Shown here: one piece after another, positions 1 through 12,273 of the stretch
Position numbering within the stretch: the first letter of the stretch is position 1
Layout: each line of letters opens with the position of its first letter
Source: Camelus dromedarius
Lineage: Eukaryota
Length of the DNA stretch: 64,000 nt
Direction of reading: 5' to 3'
NCBI RefSeq assembly: GCF_036321535.1
Contig: NC_087437.1
Coordinates: forward strand, 111,354,001-111,418,000
Translations under genes and position numbers: made by a program
Notes under the pieces: model-generated
The model's database searches: none
What the model saw: only the letters and a program-made list of their open reading frames with translations
Told to the model about the DNA's origin: nothing

Positions 1-129
1 GCCTCTCGCCCTCTTGCTCTATGTGATCGCTCCCATCCTGAGGGTGTCATTTTGTGGCTGGACCTAGCCTCCTCTTTGCCTGACTCAGCATAGCATGGCT
101 AAGTCTTGGTACAATCACATGTCAGCTTT

Positions 130-310
130 GTGCCCTTGGCCCAGTCTCTCAACTGCTCTGTGCATCAGTTTCTCATCTGTAAAATAAAAATGCCAATAAA
201 TAGTACCTGTTGTTGGCATGAGGTCACATGATGACAAAGCGCTTTAGATGATAAAGTACTCAGAACAATTCCTGGCACGGAGCAGAACCTAAGCGCATAG
301 TTACAGCAGC
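130..310 (+). mobile_element. MIR SINE remnant
   Basis: MIR core CAGTTTCTCATCTGTAAAAT followed by a typical 3' part (AGAACAATTCCTGGCAC). Confidence 0.85.
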
Positions 311-1429
311 AGCAGCAGTTTCCCCCTTGATTGAATGGCGCTCCGGGGCGGCGGGTGAGCCAGACCTGGAAACCAAAAAGGCCATCCGTGGAGAGATAGG
401 TGCGTGGGGATCCAGCTGATGGGGATGGGGACGAAGGAGGTGCAGCCAGCCTGGCCTGGGCTGGCTGAGCAGAGGGTGACGGCAGAGGGCAGGCTGGGCC
501 CTCAGGGTGCTCAGGCAAGTCTGCCGGAGGTAAAAGGGGACCACGGGGAAGCTGCTGGGGGCCCCAGGCCACCATGATTCGCTGAGCCTTGGTATCCCAG
601 CTTTTTCAGTAGTCCTCCCTCAGGCTCTCAAGGGTGGGGCAGGGCTGAGCCTGGAGGTTAAACTGCTCTTTGAGGCAGAGCTGGTCACCTGCAGATGGGG
701 AACCGCCAGCCCAGGTGGGATTTGAATGAAGCTCATTCACCAGCGGTCAGGGAGAGTGAGACATACGCTCACAGGTGGGTGGACCCTTGGTGTTACTGGA
801 AGGCTGGCGGGTTCTCTTTTCCAAGCTCTTGAATATCTCTTTTCCCTCATCCCCTGTGTGCCTGGGACTTCTACGCTGCCCTTAGGCTGGCTTCTAATGA
901 TCAGCCATTTAAGCCTGACCTCCCTCCCCACCCCGGGTCGATTTACAAGTCACAGTTTCTTCTCTTTCTTCCACTCTAGTAGCCTCATTCCTGAATACTT
1001 ATCTGCGGGGCCTAATTGATGAAACTTAACCATTGGACCCATTCTACACCTCGAGGGGCTGACGGCCAGGAACGTTTGTAGTTTTTAAAATGATGCTGGG
1101 CAGCCAAAGGGCTGGGATTTGAAGTGTCAAGCAGGTTTTTTGTTTTCTGTTTTTTTCCTGATTCCAATACCTCTTGCTCCTTTTCTCTCCCCATTTTTTT
1201 CCTTCTCTCCCACCCTCTTGCCGTGGAAGGTGTTTCTGCTCCCTAAAGGTGTGCGGCAAGAGGGAAAAGGGGACCAAAGAATTTTTCTTTTTAAAAATTG
1301 CACTGCCCTTTCATTTCCACCTCCCTGAGCAGGAATATTTTTTCAGGCCTTTTTTTGTTGTTATTGTTCACTGTGAGCTTTTCTGGCCTTTTCTAAAGTT
1401 TTTTAAAAGAAAATTTTCATTGCTAGCTA

Positions 1430-3180
1430 AGATACCTACATGCAAGTGTACCTTACACACAGAAATGTCATGCACGTACACTGCAGGGAGTTATCACAAA
1501 TGGACACACGGATGAAGCCACGGTCCAGCTCAAGAGGTGGAAACTTAGCAGGGTTTACAGGCCTCCTTCCCATGCCTGCGTCTGTGTTTAAAAATTTTCT
1601 ATTTGTCTTCTTTTAAGCCTGGGTTCTTTCCCTCCACATTAAGTCAACTTCAGTCAATGCTGCCCGAGTTCTCCAAGGCCACGTGCAGGGTTACCTTCTG
1701 CTCAGCAGCCTATGAAGAGTTACACCTGCTCCATATCTTTGCCACCAAATGACTGGGTCAGTCTTTCTCATTTTCGCTTTTCTAGTGGGTATCTATGGTT
1801 TTTCTTTTGACTTTAATCTGCACTTTTCTGGCGGCGAATGAGACTGAGCACTTTTTTTATTTATTTTCACTTACTTTTCTTAACTAATTAAAAATCGTTT
1901 TGGCTGTGGCCTCAGCAGGGCCTAATCCACAGCAGATCCGTGACAGGGAACTTCAGATCTAAACGCATTTCCAAAATGTTCTGGTCATCTTTATGAGTTT
2001 CTCTGAGTTGCCACAACAAATGACCACAAACTTGTTTTTTTTTTTTTTTTAATTGATTTTGTTTATTTTCGCTGCTCACTTGGATAGCCTCGTTTGTGAG
2101 GTGCCTGCCTATTCAGACCTCTTACTCATCATTTCCTCTGGGTTGTCTTTTGCTATTGTTGCTAAATTAGTAGATATCTGTATATAGTCTGGATACAAGT
2201 CCTTTGTCAGTTAAGTAGAATGCAGCTGTCTGGTCCCACTCTATGTTTTTTCCTTTCCACTCTCTTCATAGTGTCTTTTGATGAACAGAAGTTCTCCATT
2301 TTGGTGAAATCCAGTAAATCAATATTTTCCACTATGGTTATTGTTTTATGTGCCTCGAAGACAACTTTGCTTCCTCCGATGTCATGAAGACATTCCCCTA
2401 TTGTGTTTCTAGAATTGTTATTGTTCTGCTGTTCGCACTTGAACCTTCAACTGCTCTGGAATTGATTTCTGTGTATGGTGGGAGAGGGCTGGCCAGAGAA
2501 ATATTTTTCCCTCTGGATAGCCAATTGACCCCGTACCATTTATTGAAAAGCCCCCATTTCTCCTCTGTTCTGCAGCGCATATCTTTTGTTATAAATCAAA
2601 AACAGAAGTGTTCCTTTGTATGCGTCTCTGTTCCTGAAAACTCGATTGTGTTCCGTTGGTCTATTTGTCTTTTTGCCAATAACACACTACGCTAATGACT
2701 AGCTTGGTAATAAGACTCGATTCCCAGGGAAGGTAAGTGTTCTAGCGTCGCTGTTGTCCCTCGGATTGTCTTGTCTGTTCCTGAACTTTTGGACTCTCAC
2801 ACACATTTTAGAATCAGCTTATCCATTTTCACAAATATCAACCTAGATTTTCATTGTGGTTGTATTGACTCTACATTATGATTGCATTAATCCATTTGGA
2901 GAGAACTGATATCTTTACATTATGGAGGCTTCCAATTCATAAACTTAATATATACCTTCATTTATTAAACCATTCATTTTTCTTAATAATATTTTGCTTT
3001 TTTTCTGTGTAGTGGTCTTGTATATCTTTCATTATATTTATTCCTAGGACATTTAACATAGTTGATCCTATTATAAATGGTAGAGATTAAATCTTTTCTA
3101 ATTATTTATTGATTGTTGATTTTTTATATTGATCTTCTATTCAATAAAATCTAAATTAACTTCCAAAAATATCCTTTGCA
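1430..3180 (-). mobile_element. Old L1M LINE (3' end and ORF2 3' part), fragmented
   Basis: T-rich antisense L1 signatures such as GTGTCTTTTGATGAACAGAAGTT, CATTTATTGAAAAG and TTTAGAATCAGCTT; ~190-bp insert at ~1870-2056. Confidence 0.8.
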
Positions 3181-3189
3181 GTTAGCATC

Positions 3190-3651
3190 TGAATTTTGTT
3201 TCCCAGGGCTGCCATAACAAACTACCACAAATTTGATAGCTTAAAAGAATACAAATTTATTTTCTGTTAGTTCTGGAGGCTGGACGTTCAAATATAAGAT
3301 GTCAGAGGGCTATTTGTGTGCCTTCTGAAGTCTCTAGGAAAGAGTCTCTCTTTGTCTCTTCCAGCTTCTGGTCACCCCACGTGTTCTTTGGTTTGTGGCA
3401 ACGTAATTCCAATCTCTGCCTCCCTTTCCATGTGGCCTCTCTACGTGTCTCAAATCTCCCTCTCCTGCCTCTTTTAAGGGCACTCATTGTCAGATTTAGG
3501 ACCCACCCTGAATCCAGGGAGACCTCATCCCAGGATCCTCAACTTGATAACATCTGCAAAGACTCTATTTCCCAGTAAGTCACATTCACAGATACTGGGG
3601 GGTTAGGACTTGGACATAGCTTTTGGAGGGGATACAATTCAACCCACTACA
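3190..3651 (-). mobile_element. MaLR solo LTR, MLT1C-type
   Basis: GGGCTGCCATAACAAACTACCACAAA ... ATTCAACCCACTACA; perfect 5-bp TSD GCATC at 3185-3189 and 3652-3656. Confidence 0.93.
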
Positions 3652-4949
3652 GCATCCAAGCAAATACATATATTCAATCCTTTCTTCACCCAGGTGAAGT
3701 TCTGCATCTCGCTTTTTTTTTCTGCTCTGCCGTGTGACTTGAAGATGCCCCCTCAGCCCTTCAAGAGTACCCTCGTTCTCTTGAGGGCTGCATGGTTCTC
3801 CCCTGTGGGGAACTCCCACCATTTAAGGGACACATCCTCTAGGGCTGGGCCTTAGAGCCCCCTCAGTCACAGTCTGGCAGGTGGCTCTGTCCGTCTCGGT
3901 CCTCAGAGGCCTCCTCTGAAAGACGGATGGTTGGAAGGATGGTTGCAGGCTGCCCTCCAGCTGCCAGGCCTCGAGGTCTGCTCCCCTTGCCCCAGCCCCT
4001 CCTCCTGGATGCTCCAAAGTCGGGGTCTGGGGGAAGGAGCAGGTGCCCTGACTTCCCTGCTTCCTGCCCAGGCACAGACTGGTGGTGGTTGGTACCCGTG
4101 GGAAGGACGTGCAGGAGGAAGCAGAGGGTCTGACTCAGGCGGAGGAAGCTTCTTGAATGAGGTCCAGATGTCCGAACACTCGTACCCCATCCTTCGTGTC
4201 AAAACCAGAGGCTTGGGGTGTTGGGTGGAGTCAGATTGCCAGCTCGCCGCCCTATGCCCACGGCACTGCTTCTCCTTAGAGCACAAACAGGAGGGCCCTC
4301 AGCCTTCACGGGGTCCAGGCTACTTGTCACCTTCTTGCCTTTGTTTTATAATCCTCGGGGCCACTCCCAGGCCTTATTATGGTTTGGGTTTCTGAAATCA
4401 AAACCAGATGCTTGATGGTCCTGTGAATGCTTTTCTAAAACTGCTTCTGAATGCCTCATCTCAGACAGTAACTGGCTGTCTCAAGTAGTGTGGCTGTCGG
4501 TGGCTCCGGGATGCTCAGGAGCCTGCTGCAAAAATCATGTGTCATAATATTATTCTTTAGCATGAGTTAATTATAGTCATTTTTCTCAGCTGGCAGCCAC
4601 TAGAAAAACCTCTGTGACGTGCGAGGATCCAGGTTGCTGGGATCTGGGTGCATCTTGCGTTTATTTCCTACTTGCCTCGGCTCCCCCGGCCTTGGGTCAG
4701 CCTCTAGGTCACCTTGGTCAAGGTCTGTGCAGAGGCTGGTCACACAGTGTAAGCCGGTCTGCCTTCACCCACTGGCAAGTGAGTTCCAGATCTTTAATAG
4801 GGGTCGATGGTCTTAGGTGCAGCAACACGTGTCTAAACTGTCTTCCCCTGTTTGTCCTTTCCACCTTAAATGGTTCCCATTTATTGGTAAGAGTCAAGTC
4901 TTCAACTACCGAAACCAACAGCTGAGGCTTGGAGGTCTACGTGGCATGA

Positions 4950-5072
4950 GTGTGGGTAGAGGGCTTGGGGTTAGGACAGACTGGTCTTCTGCCTCTGCTC
5001 CACCGTGAAAATTCTTGACCTTGGGCTCTACCATTACAGATGCTGAGTGCCCGAGCCTCAGTTTACCTGTGT
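4950..5072 (+). mobile_element. MIR fragment
   Basis: TGACCTTGGGC ... GAGCCTCAGTTTACCTGTGTGT resembles the MIR head and core. Confidence 0.6.
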
Positions 5073-5469
5073 GTGCATTCAACCAGGCGCCGAGGCTACA
5101 GATCAGGCACAATCCAAGCTCTCAAGGGGCTTACAAGCTAAGATGGGAGACAAATATGAAAACCAGGACTGGAGGGCATTTTAGGGGCTTTGATGGGAGT
5201 ACGTAGGGGTGGCCATGAGGACATGGTGGAGGGATAGCTCAAATCTCCCCATGCTGCACAGATGCACGAGACAGGGCTGCACTGAATGTTGAAACATGAG
5301 CGGGCATTTCCCCATTAGGCAGGAGGGCACGGGGGTGGGGAAAGCCTGCGGTGCCTGGCTTGGCGTGGCTAGAGCGCGGGGAGTATGAGGGGCCATGGGG
5401 AGTGGGGGCAGGGTCAAGTCTGGGAGGACCTTGTGTGCGCTGCAGGGATCCCGGGCTTTACTCCCAGGG

Positions 5470-5672
5470 CCCGGGTTCTCAACCAGGGTCATCTTGCAGT
5501 ATCTGAGGACATTTTTGATTGTCATCACCAGGGAGGTAGGGATGTTACTGGCGTCTCCTGGGTAGAGTCTAGGGTTACTGCTGAACATCTAAATGCATGG
5601 GACAGCCCCTCATCCCCCAACAAAGAATTACCCAGCCCCAAATACCAATAGTGCCAAGGTTGAGAAACCCTA
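5470..5672. mobile_element. MER20 hAT-Charlie MITE
   Basis: GGTTCTCAACC ... GACATTTTTGATTGTCA ... ACAAAGAATTACCCAGCCCCAAATACCAATAGTGCCAAGGTTGAGAAACCCT. Confidence 0.9.
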
Positions 5673-5837
5673 CTCTTATGTGAATGGGGGGCTGTTGGAG
5701 GGTTTTAAGCTGGAGAGTGGTGCTCACGTCTTCCTTCTTTGGACGATCTCTGTAGGAGCCCCGTGGGAAGCAGACTGATGGGGGAAATCCTGGAGGAAGA
5801 AGGATTGTTTCCAGAAAGAGATGCGACGTCCTAAGCG

Positions 5838-6168
5838 AGGAGGCAACAAACTACGGCCCATGGTCCAAATCTGGCTTGCCATCTGTTTTTGTATGGCCCA
5901 AGAGCTAAGAATGGATTTTACATTTTTAAATGGTTGAGAAAAATCAAAAGATGAATAATATATTGTCACATGTAAAAATTATATAAAATTCCAACTTTAG
6001 TGTCCATGAGTAGCTCTGTTGGAACACAGCACACTTATTTATCTGTTATCTGGGACTGCTTTTGAGCTGCAGTGACAGAGTTGGGCAGTGGTGACAGAGA
6101 CTAAATGGCCCACAAAGCTAAAATGTTTACTATTTGGATCCTTATAGAAAAACTGCATCAACTCCTGA
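5838..6168. mobile_element. MER58B-type hAT-Charlie MITE
   Basis: CAAACTACGGCCCATGGTCCAAATCTGGC ... GAGCTAAGAATGG ... GGCCCACAAAGCTAAAATGTTTACTATTTGG. Confidence 0.9.
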
Positions 6169-6511
6169 CTTAAACCAAGGCGCTAAGGTGGAAATGGCAG
6201 AAAGATACAGGCCTAGAAATGATGTAAAAGGAGTGGAACTGATGAGCTTGGCCACCAACTGAATATGGGGACAGGGAAAGAGATAATTTTCTAGCTTGGG
6301 AGCTTTGGTAAGAAGGAAAAAGGGGAAGATAATGAATTGGGTTTTGGACATATTGAGTTTGCTATGAGACACATGGGAGTAACTGTGGGACATTTGGTCA
6401 GATACATAGGACTGGAGCTTAAGAAAGCTCTAGGGGCCAGAGATGAAGATTCACAAATCTTCAGCCTGTGGAGGGTCGATGAAGTCAGGACAGCAGGTGG
6501 AATGGCCTCAG

Positions 6512-6670
6512 ACAATGGGTTTTCCTCTTTTATGGGTCACAGCACTCTTGGGGAGCCTACTAAAAGCTCTGGCCTTTCTACCTGAAAAATAGCACACTCA
6601 AAAATCTTCATAGGGTTTCTGGTTCCAGAATCTTAATGAAGTCCTGGACTCAAGATTAAGACTCTCCTGT
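6512..6670. mobile_element. Short hAT-Charlie MITE (Charlie4z-like)
   Basis: TTTTATGGGTCACAGCACTC ... GAAAAATAGCACA ... GGACTCAAGATTAAGACTCTCCTG; same family as 14458-14612. Confidence 0.55.
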
Positions 6671-7807
6671 GTGGAATAAACTTGAGAGCAGAAAAAGATG
6701 GTCAAAGATAGCCTTTTGGTGGCACATCAACATTGAAGGTGTGGGCAAAGAAAAAGAAGTCTGCGAAGGAGGCTGGTCTGAGAGATGGAAAGAGACCCAA
6801 GATGCTCTAAGAACTAAGCCGAGGAAAAGAATGTCCAAGAAGAGACTGAAGCATCAAAGTGTCCTGTGCTGTGGAGAAGATCAGCCACATAGTTGAAGAG
6901 AGTGTACGAGGGACTTGGTAGTTGTGGTCATGGGTGAGTTTGTCTGGACCTCTCAGGGGAAAGTGGAGATGAAGGGCTGGAGTTGGGGAAGGGCAGACAG
7001 TGAGTGCAGGCTCTTCTGTCGGGGGTTAGGTACCAGAAAAGAAGAAAGCTATGGCAGTAGTTATGGGTGGGGTACAAGGACCTGAGGGACATTCAGTGTG
7101 TGTTGTTGGTACGGTCTTAATCTGAGATGGACCTGAATTTTATAATATTTTGGCAATGAACCAGCAGACAAGGAGAAGTTGAAAATACAGAAGAGAGCAG
7201 AGAAAGCTGATGCAAGATTCTGGTCCTGGGGGAGATGGTGCAGGTGGATAGGGTGGGGGTAGAGGGATGGGGAGGTCAAAATAATTCACTGCTGACCTTC
7301 CAGGTTTTCACACTCCTCTCCACCCACCGGGCAACGCTCCTGCTGTTCACTATAACCAGACTGGCTTCAGCTGAACATCTCTAGCCTCTTTTAGTCCTTC
7401 CTGACACTCTGATAAACGCTCATCTGGGTGGAAGCGTTTTGGGAATTTGTATCCAAAAAACTTAGCCTAACTTGAATCTCACCAAAGAAGTCTGGAGCCA
7501 AAGCAGTATTGAGCTCAAATTTATTGATGCTATGAGCTGCTATTAAGGCAATGACAAGTAGATGTTGGTATCTGAAGAACAGTTATCTTGTTGAGGGGCA
7601 TATATAAAAGTAGTCAGTTTAAAAACCAATCAAATACACACTATGTCAAATGAGAAGTACAAACCAGTACTAAAATATATATAGGGAACCATTCTTTCAC
7701 AGGTATTGGTGAATTTCAGAATTCCTATATAGGGAAATATAAATTATATTAGTAATCAACCAGAGTATATTTCCAGATAAATTGCTGAAATATTCCTGTC
7801 AATGCTG

Positions 7808-8141
7808 AGTGTGGGAGATTGCTTCTTTGGTGAAACCAGCCTATCCCAGGACTCCCTCCCCTTGAATCTGGGCTGGTCAGGACCTGCTTTAAAGGATAAA
7901 GTGGAGAATAGGGGACACACCCCACAGTGATAGCCAAGGCCCCAGACATACGATCCCAGCTGAAACAGTTCTGCCAGCCTTAGCTGCTCCAGCTACTAAG
8001 TTAGTGCCATTCGGAGCAGAGACAAGCTCTTCCCCATCAGACGCTAACCAATTGGTAACATCTTGAGCATATAATAAAATGGTGACTCTTTAAGCCACTA
8101 AACTTTGGGTATAATATTTTGCAGCCAAAGACACAGAAGCA
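7808..8141 (+). mobile_element. MaLR LTR, MLT1H-like
   Basis: CCCCTTGAATCTGGGCTGG ... GGAGCAGAGACAAGC ... AATAAAATGG ... TTTAAGCCACTAAACTTTGGG. Confidence 0.75.
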
Positions 8142-8419
8142 TGGAGCTTCTTGGTACAATTAAGATTATATATAAAATGAGAGGAAGTCGTGCAGAGTAA
8201 ACATTTGCAAAGGATAAGTCAATAGAGCCAGATCAGTTGATTAGCCTTGGGTGGGGAGGAGAGGGATAAAATTAGATCCTTCACTTCAACAAGAGGAAAA
8301 TTAATTCCAAATGCTATTTGTGTGACACTTCTGTAAGATATCATAAGACATGTCAGCAAGACTGTATGTTTATCAGCTTTTGGTCTACTTTGTCAGGGTG
8401 CAGGGGTAGGAAGGGAGCA

Positions 8420-9060
8420 GAGGCATAAATACTGTATGTTCTTTGTATAAAAATCCTGAAGTCCAGATAAGCAAAAAAGGAGAAAATAAAAACTTTCCAC
8501 AATCCCATCACACAGAGATAACCATTGTTGGCATTTTTGTTTATATTCTTCTAGGGAATTTTATATGCATGCTAATAATAATAAAAAGTGGGCTCATACT
8601 GTGTAATTGTCATAATCTATTTTGTTTAACTCTACACCATATCATGAACATCTGTTCATGTCTATCAACAATGTATGTATTAGGGCCACATAATATAACA
8701 TCCATGGATATCCAACAAATTTCTGATTGCTGGACATTGAGGCTGGTTGCAATTTTTCAATTCCATGGTGAATGTTTCAGTGAACACCTGTGTAGCAAGA
8801 TCTTTGTGCGCATATATAATATTTCTTAGAATAAATTCCAAAAAGTGGAATTGCTAACTGAATAAGTTTGCATTAGTAAAGGCTTTGCAATATGTAATTT
8901 CAAATTATAGTAAAGAACGAGATAAAAAATGTCCACCCTCCCCAGTAGTACCAGAGAATAAACTGTCCCTGCGTGTGTGTTCTCCCAAACCACAGGTAAT
9001 ATCACTCTTGTTAGTTTTCAAAAAAGGCACTACTTTTTGAAAATTGCTGCTTGTATTTGA
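8420..9060 (-). mobile_element. L1ME-type 3' remnant
   Basis: CAGAGATAACCATTGTTGGCATTTT and TTCTTAGAATAAATTCCAAAAAGTGGAATTGCT. Confidence 0.7.
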
Positions 9061-9109
9061 CTAACATGTACATAAGCTCCAACTGCAAATAAGTCAAATA
9101 CCAAGTGGG

Positions 9110-9287
9110 GAAGAGCCAGCTGGTAAATAATTTAGGCTTTGTGGTCCAAGAGGTGAAATCGAAGATATTATGTAGGTACTTAAATAATCATTGAAAAATA
9201 TAAAAACAGTTCGTAGCTTGTGGCTGTACAAAATAGGAGGTGGGCTGTATTTGGCCCTTGGGCCAGAGTGTGCTGGTGGCTGCTCTA
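9110..9287. mobile_element. MER58-family MITE (MER58C-like)
   Basis: GTAAATAATTTAGGCTTTGTGG ... AAAACAGTTCGTAGCTTGTGGCTGTACAAAATAGG ... ATTTGGCCC. Confidence 0.8.
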
Positions 9288-9589
9288 AACTGTTGCTCCC
9301 CAAGCCTGAGGCACTTCCTCTGATCATTTTTAGGAGTCAGAGAGGCGAGTCCACGTTGGGTAACTCTCAGGGGAGAATTTTCCACAAAAGTGGAAGAATT
9401 TACCAGAATCCTACATTGCCATCATTTTCTGTGGTCTATTAAAATACCCAAACCATGGCTCTGGGATCTGGGTGGCCATGGCCATGATTGTGTAAGTGTG
9501 CACTCAACCAGCTAGCAAAGCCTGTGCCGTCACCCCTCTGTTGTTATGAGACGGGGCTCTCACTGCATAATTTATAATATGCATGTGGG

Positions 9590-10770
9590 GTTTTTCTGAT
9601 CATAGACATATTACATATTTGTTTAGAAAGTACAAAAAATTACTAATTCACTCACCGTTCAGAGATAACCTCTATTAATATTTTGGTTAATTTTGTTGTA
9701 CTTGTGTGTGTATGTGTGTGTGTGTATCAGAGAGACACAGAAATGGAGAGACACAGAGAGAGACAGAGAGACAGAGCCAGAAACAAAGACATGATGGAGA
9801 AGAAAGAGACACTCCACAACTGGGATTATATTTGAATATAACGTGGTATAGTTGTATTCATTTAGCATTGAGTTATGAGTGCCATTTTATTCATTTAGCA
9901 TTGCGTTATGAGTGTCATATGAGTGTCATAGTTGATACTACATCACACGGATGTACCTTTTTCAAATGAATATCCAGCTGATGGACATTTGGGCTTTTTC
10001 CAATTTCCCGATGTTATAAATAATGCTGCAGGAAATATTTTAAAATGTAAGTCTTCGTCCATGTCTTATGTCTCTTATTGTTTCCTTAGAATAGATTCCA
10101 AAAGAAAGAATTGCCTTTCTAAGAGTAGGCAAGTATTTAAAATCTTTTATACATACTTCTAGTTGCTTTTCCCAAAAAGTTGCACTAATTTATGGCAATA
10201 TACTCATGTGATCAAAATCACATCTTCAGAATGACAGAATTTTCAAAATTTGTGTAATTTTGATAAGTCAAATTTATTTTGTTGTTGATTTAAATGGTAT
10301 TTATTTGATTTCCAGGTTTTTTTTTTTTTACCATTTTGTATATATATTCTCCATTAGTATTTCTTCTATGAAATATATATATATATTTGCATTTCTTACC
10401 CACTTTGGTAATTTTTTCCACTTTCTTATTTTCTTTTGTAAGAATTTTAAAAGTATTAATAATTATTAACCCTGTTGTATATGTTACAAATATTTTGTGA
10501 CTTGCCCTTTAACTTTTTAGGGTGGTTTTCTGGTGCAGAGAAGTTTTGTATCTTTATGTATTCATAGCCAGTAAGCCTTTCTTTGTGACTCCTGCTTTTG
10601 TTTTTATGTTTGGGAAATTCATCTGTGGGATCATCCTCTAACCCGCTGCACCTTTGAAGTTGTTTTTTTTTTTAAATGGTTCCATGTTTTATATTTAATT
10701 CTTCAAGCCATCTGGAATTAATTTTAGTCTAGGTTGAAGTGAAGGCTCTAACTTCATCCTCCATCCCCCT
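9590..10770 (-). mobile_element. L1ME-type remnant containing TG/AGAGAC microsatellite and a 33-bp tandem duplication
   Basis: GATGGACATTTGGGCTTTTTCCAATT, TTCCTTAGAATAGATTCC and CCATCTGGAATTAATTTT. Confidence 0.7.
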
Positions 10771-11439
10771 CCCCAAAGCTAACCATCTGATCTGGCTTTA
10801 TGGACTAATCCTTTCCAAACATTCAATGCATGACTTTCTCCCACCCTGCAGTCTTGAGGGTAGGGGAGTGGGATGGGGAAGGAGGGAAGAAGGGAAGGAA
10901 AGACACAGAGAGCCTCTGAGCCACCCTCGGAAGCTGCCCGGTAAGTCCTGCGAGGGCTTTGCTCCCAGCAGCCAGCGACCATTTGTACATCGTGTACTGA
11001 AGATCCTGTGCCCAGAACTGCCGTCCTCAGCAAGGACCAACAGCTGGTTGACCGAGGCCATCTCTGGCCCTGGCCCCACCTCGGAGGCCTCTGATACCAG
11101 TTTGGTTGATGCTAAATTCTCAGCCTGAGTCTAGGGGACATCGTCTCCCCTCAGACATTCACATGTGCACCCACAAGCTTTGCTGAAACATTGTACTAAC
11201 TATCCAGGTGAAGACCCCCCTCCAGGCCCCTCTTCCAAATGTGTATACATGTGTCCCATTACCCAGGGATTTTTCAGAAATTCGTCCGTCTGGTCATCTG
11301 TCTCCTGGAGGCCAGGCCCTTGGCCACACCAGTGGTTAGTTGTGCTCCCCTCACTGGCTGCCACTCTGCCATTTTATTTGTCTAAATATTTATTTTTACC
11401 ATTTGGACAATGTGGGATGTCAACCAGGACACTCGCCAC

Positions 11440-11570
11440 CTTTGTCACACCCATTTTGCAGACTGGAAAACTGAGACCAGAGAAATGAAAGAACTAGTTT
11501 AAAGCCACAGGGCTAGTCAGTGGCAGAGCTGGGGTTTGAACCACGCTTCTTGGCTCCAGAGTCTCCACCC
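11440..11570 (-). mobile_element. MIR
   Basis: CCCATTTTGCAGACTGGAAAACTGAG ... GTGGCAGAGCTGGGGTTTGAACC. Confidence 0.88.
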
Positions 11571-11665
11571 CGGGCCCGTAACACTAAGGCTCAGTTTACG
11601 GCATTATTGTCACGTGTTGGAAGCATGCCTGGCTGAACTCTAGTAGTGGTCGCTGTTAGCGTGGG

Positions 11666-11777
11666 CGTTTATGTCTTCTTGTACGGCTGTCCCAGGTTGG
11701 AGTCACATGTGGATGTCCACGTTTATGTCTTCTTGTACGGCCCCCTCACAGTTGGAGTCACATGTGGATGTCCACGT
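11666..11777 (+). repeat. Two-copy 54/55-bp tandem repeat
   Basis: CGTTTATGTCTTCTTGTACGGC-variable-GTTGGAGTCACATGTGGATGTCCA at 11666-11719 and 11720-11774. Confidence 0.95.
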
Positions 11778-12273
11778 GCGGATGGTGTCCATGTGTGGAT
11801 GCAGGCCCTGTCTTCATGAGCAATGCTAAGCTGAGAGCTGTTCCTGCAGATGGACAATGACCTCTTTCCTTCACCTTTGAGTTAATCCACTTCCAACACA
11901 GGCCTCCCTCCTCTTTCTGCTCACCTCCGGCCTTCAGGTCGGGCTCCACCTTGGGCCCAGTTCTCCACCTTTTCCACCGTGTCACCACCTGGTTCAGAGG
12001 CTTCCCAGACTTGGGGCTCTGCTCTTGCTGGCCCAGGGACCGAGGTGCTGCTTCCTGTGGACCTAGCCCTCCGCTTCCAGCAATTCTGTTCATCACCTTC
12101 GTGACTGGGCCTGGGTCTGGCTGATTTGTCTGGAAGCATCCCCTGCCTGCAGGCCTCCAGGGATTTTTCAGAAATTCGTCTGTCTGGTCATCTGTCTCCT
12201 GGAGGCCAGGAGGCCAGGTCATCTGTCTCCATCAGCCTCTAGGACAATTTGGAGCCTAAATGTCCCCTCGGTC

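Larger units (their letters stand above)
5075..7280 (-). mobile_element. L2 LINE remnant interrupted by three hAT MITEs
   Basis: Purine-rich antisense L2 motifs (TTTTGGACATATTGAGTTT, GGAGGGTTTTAAGC, CAAGGGGCTTACA). Confidence 0.75.
11263..12230 (+). repeat. Dispersed 54-bp direct repeat (11263-11316 and 12157-12210)
   Basis: CCAGGGATTTTTCAGAAATTCGTCYGTCTGGTCATCTGTCTCCTGGAGGCCAGG, 53/54 identical. Confidence 0.97.

Noticed and set aside
5075..7280. Three hAT MITEs within one L2 as targeted insertion
   Set aside because: Nested old repeats are ordinary and hAT MITEs are frequent across this window
7724..7733. Perfect CArG box CCTATATAGG
   Set aside because: Isolated motif without supporting context; chance occurrence is plausible in 64 kb
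10858..10878. G-quadruplex-type G runs here and at 7251-7272
   Set aside because: Common in GC-rich mammalian DNA; no sign of function
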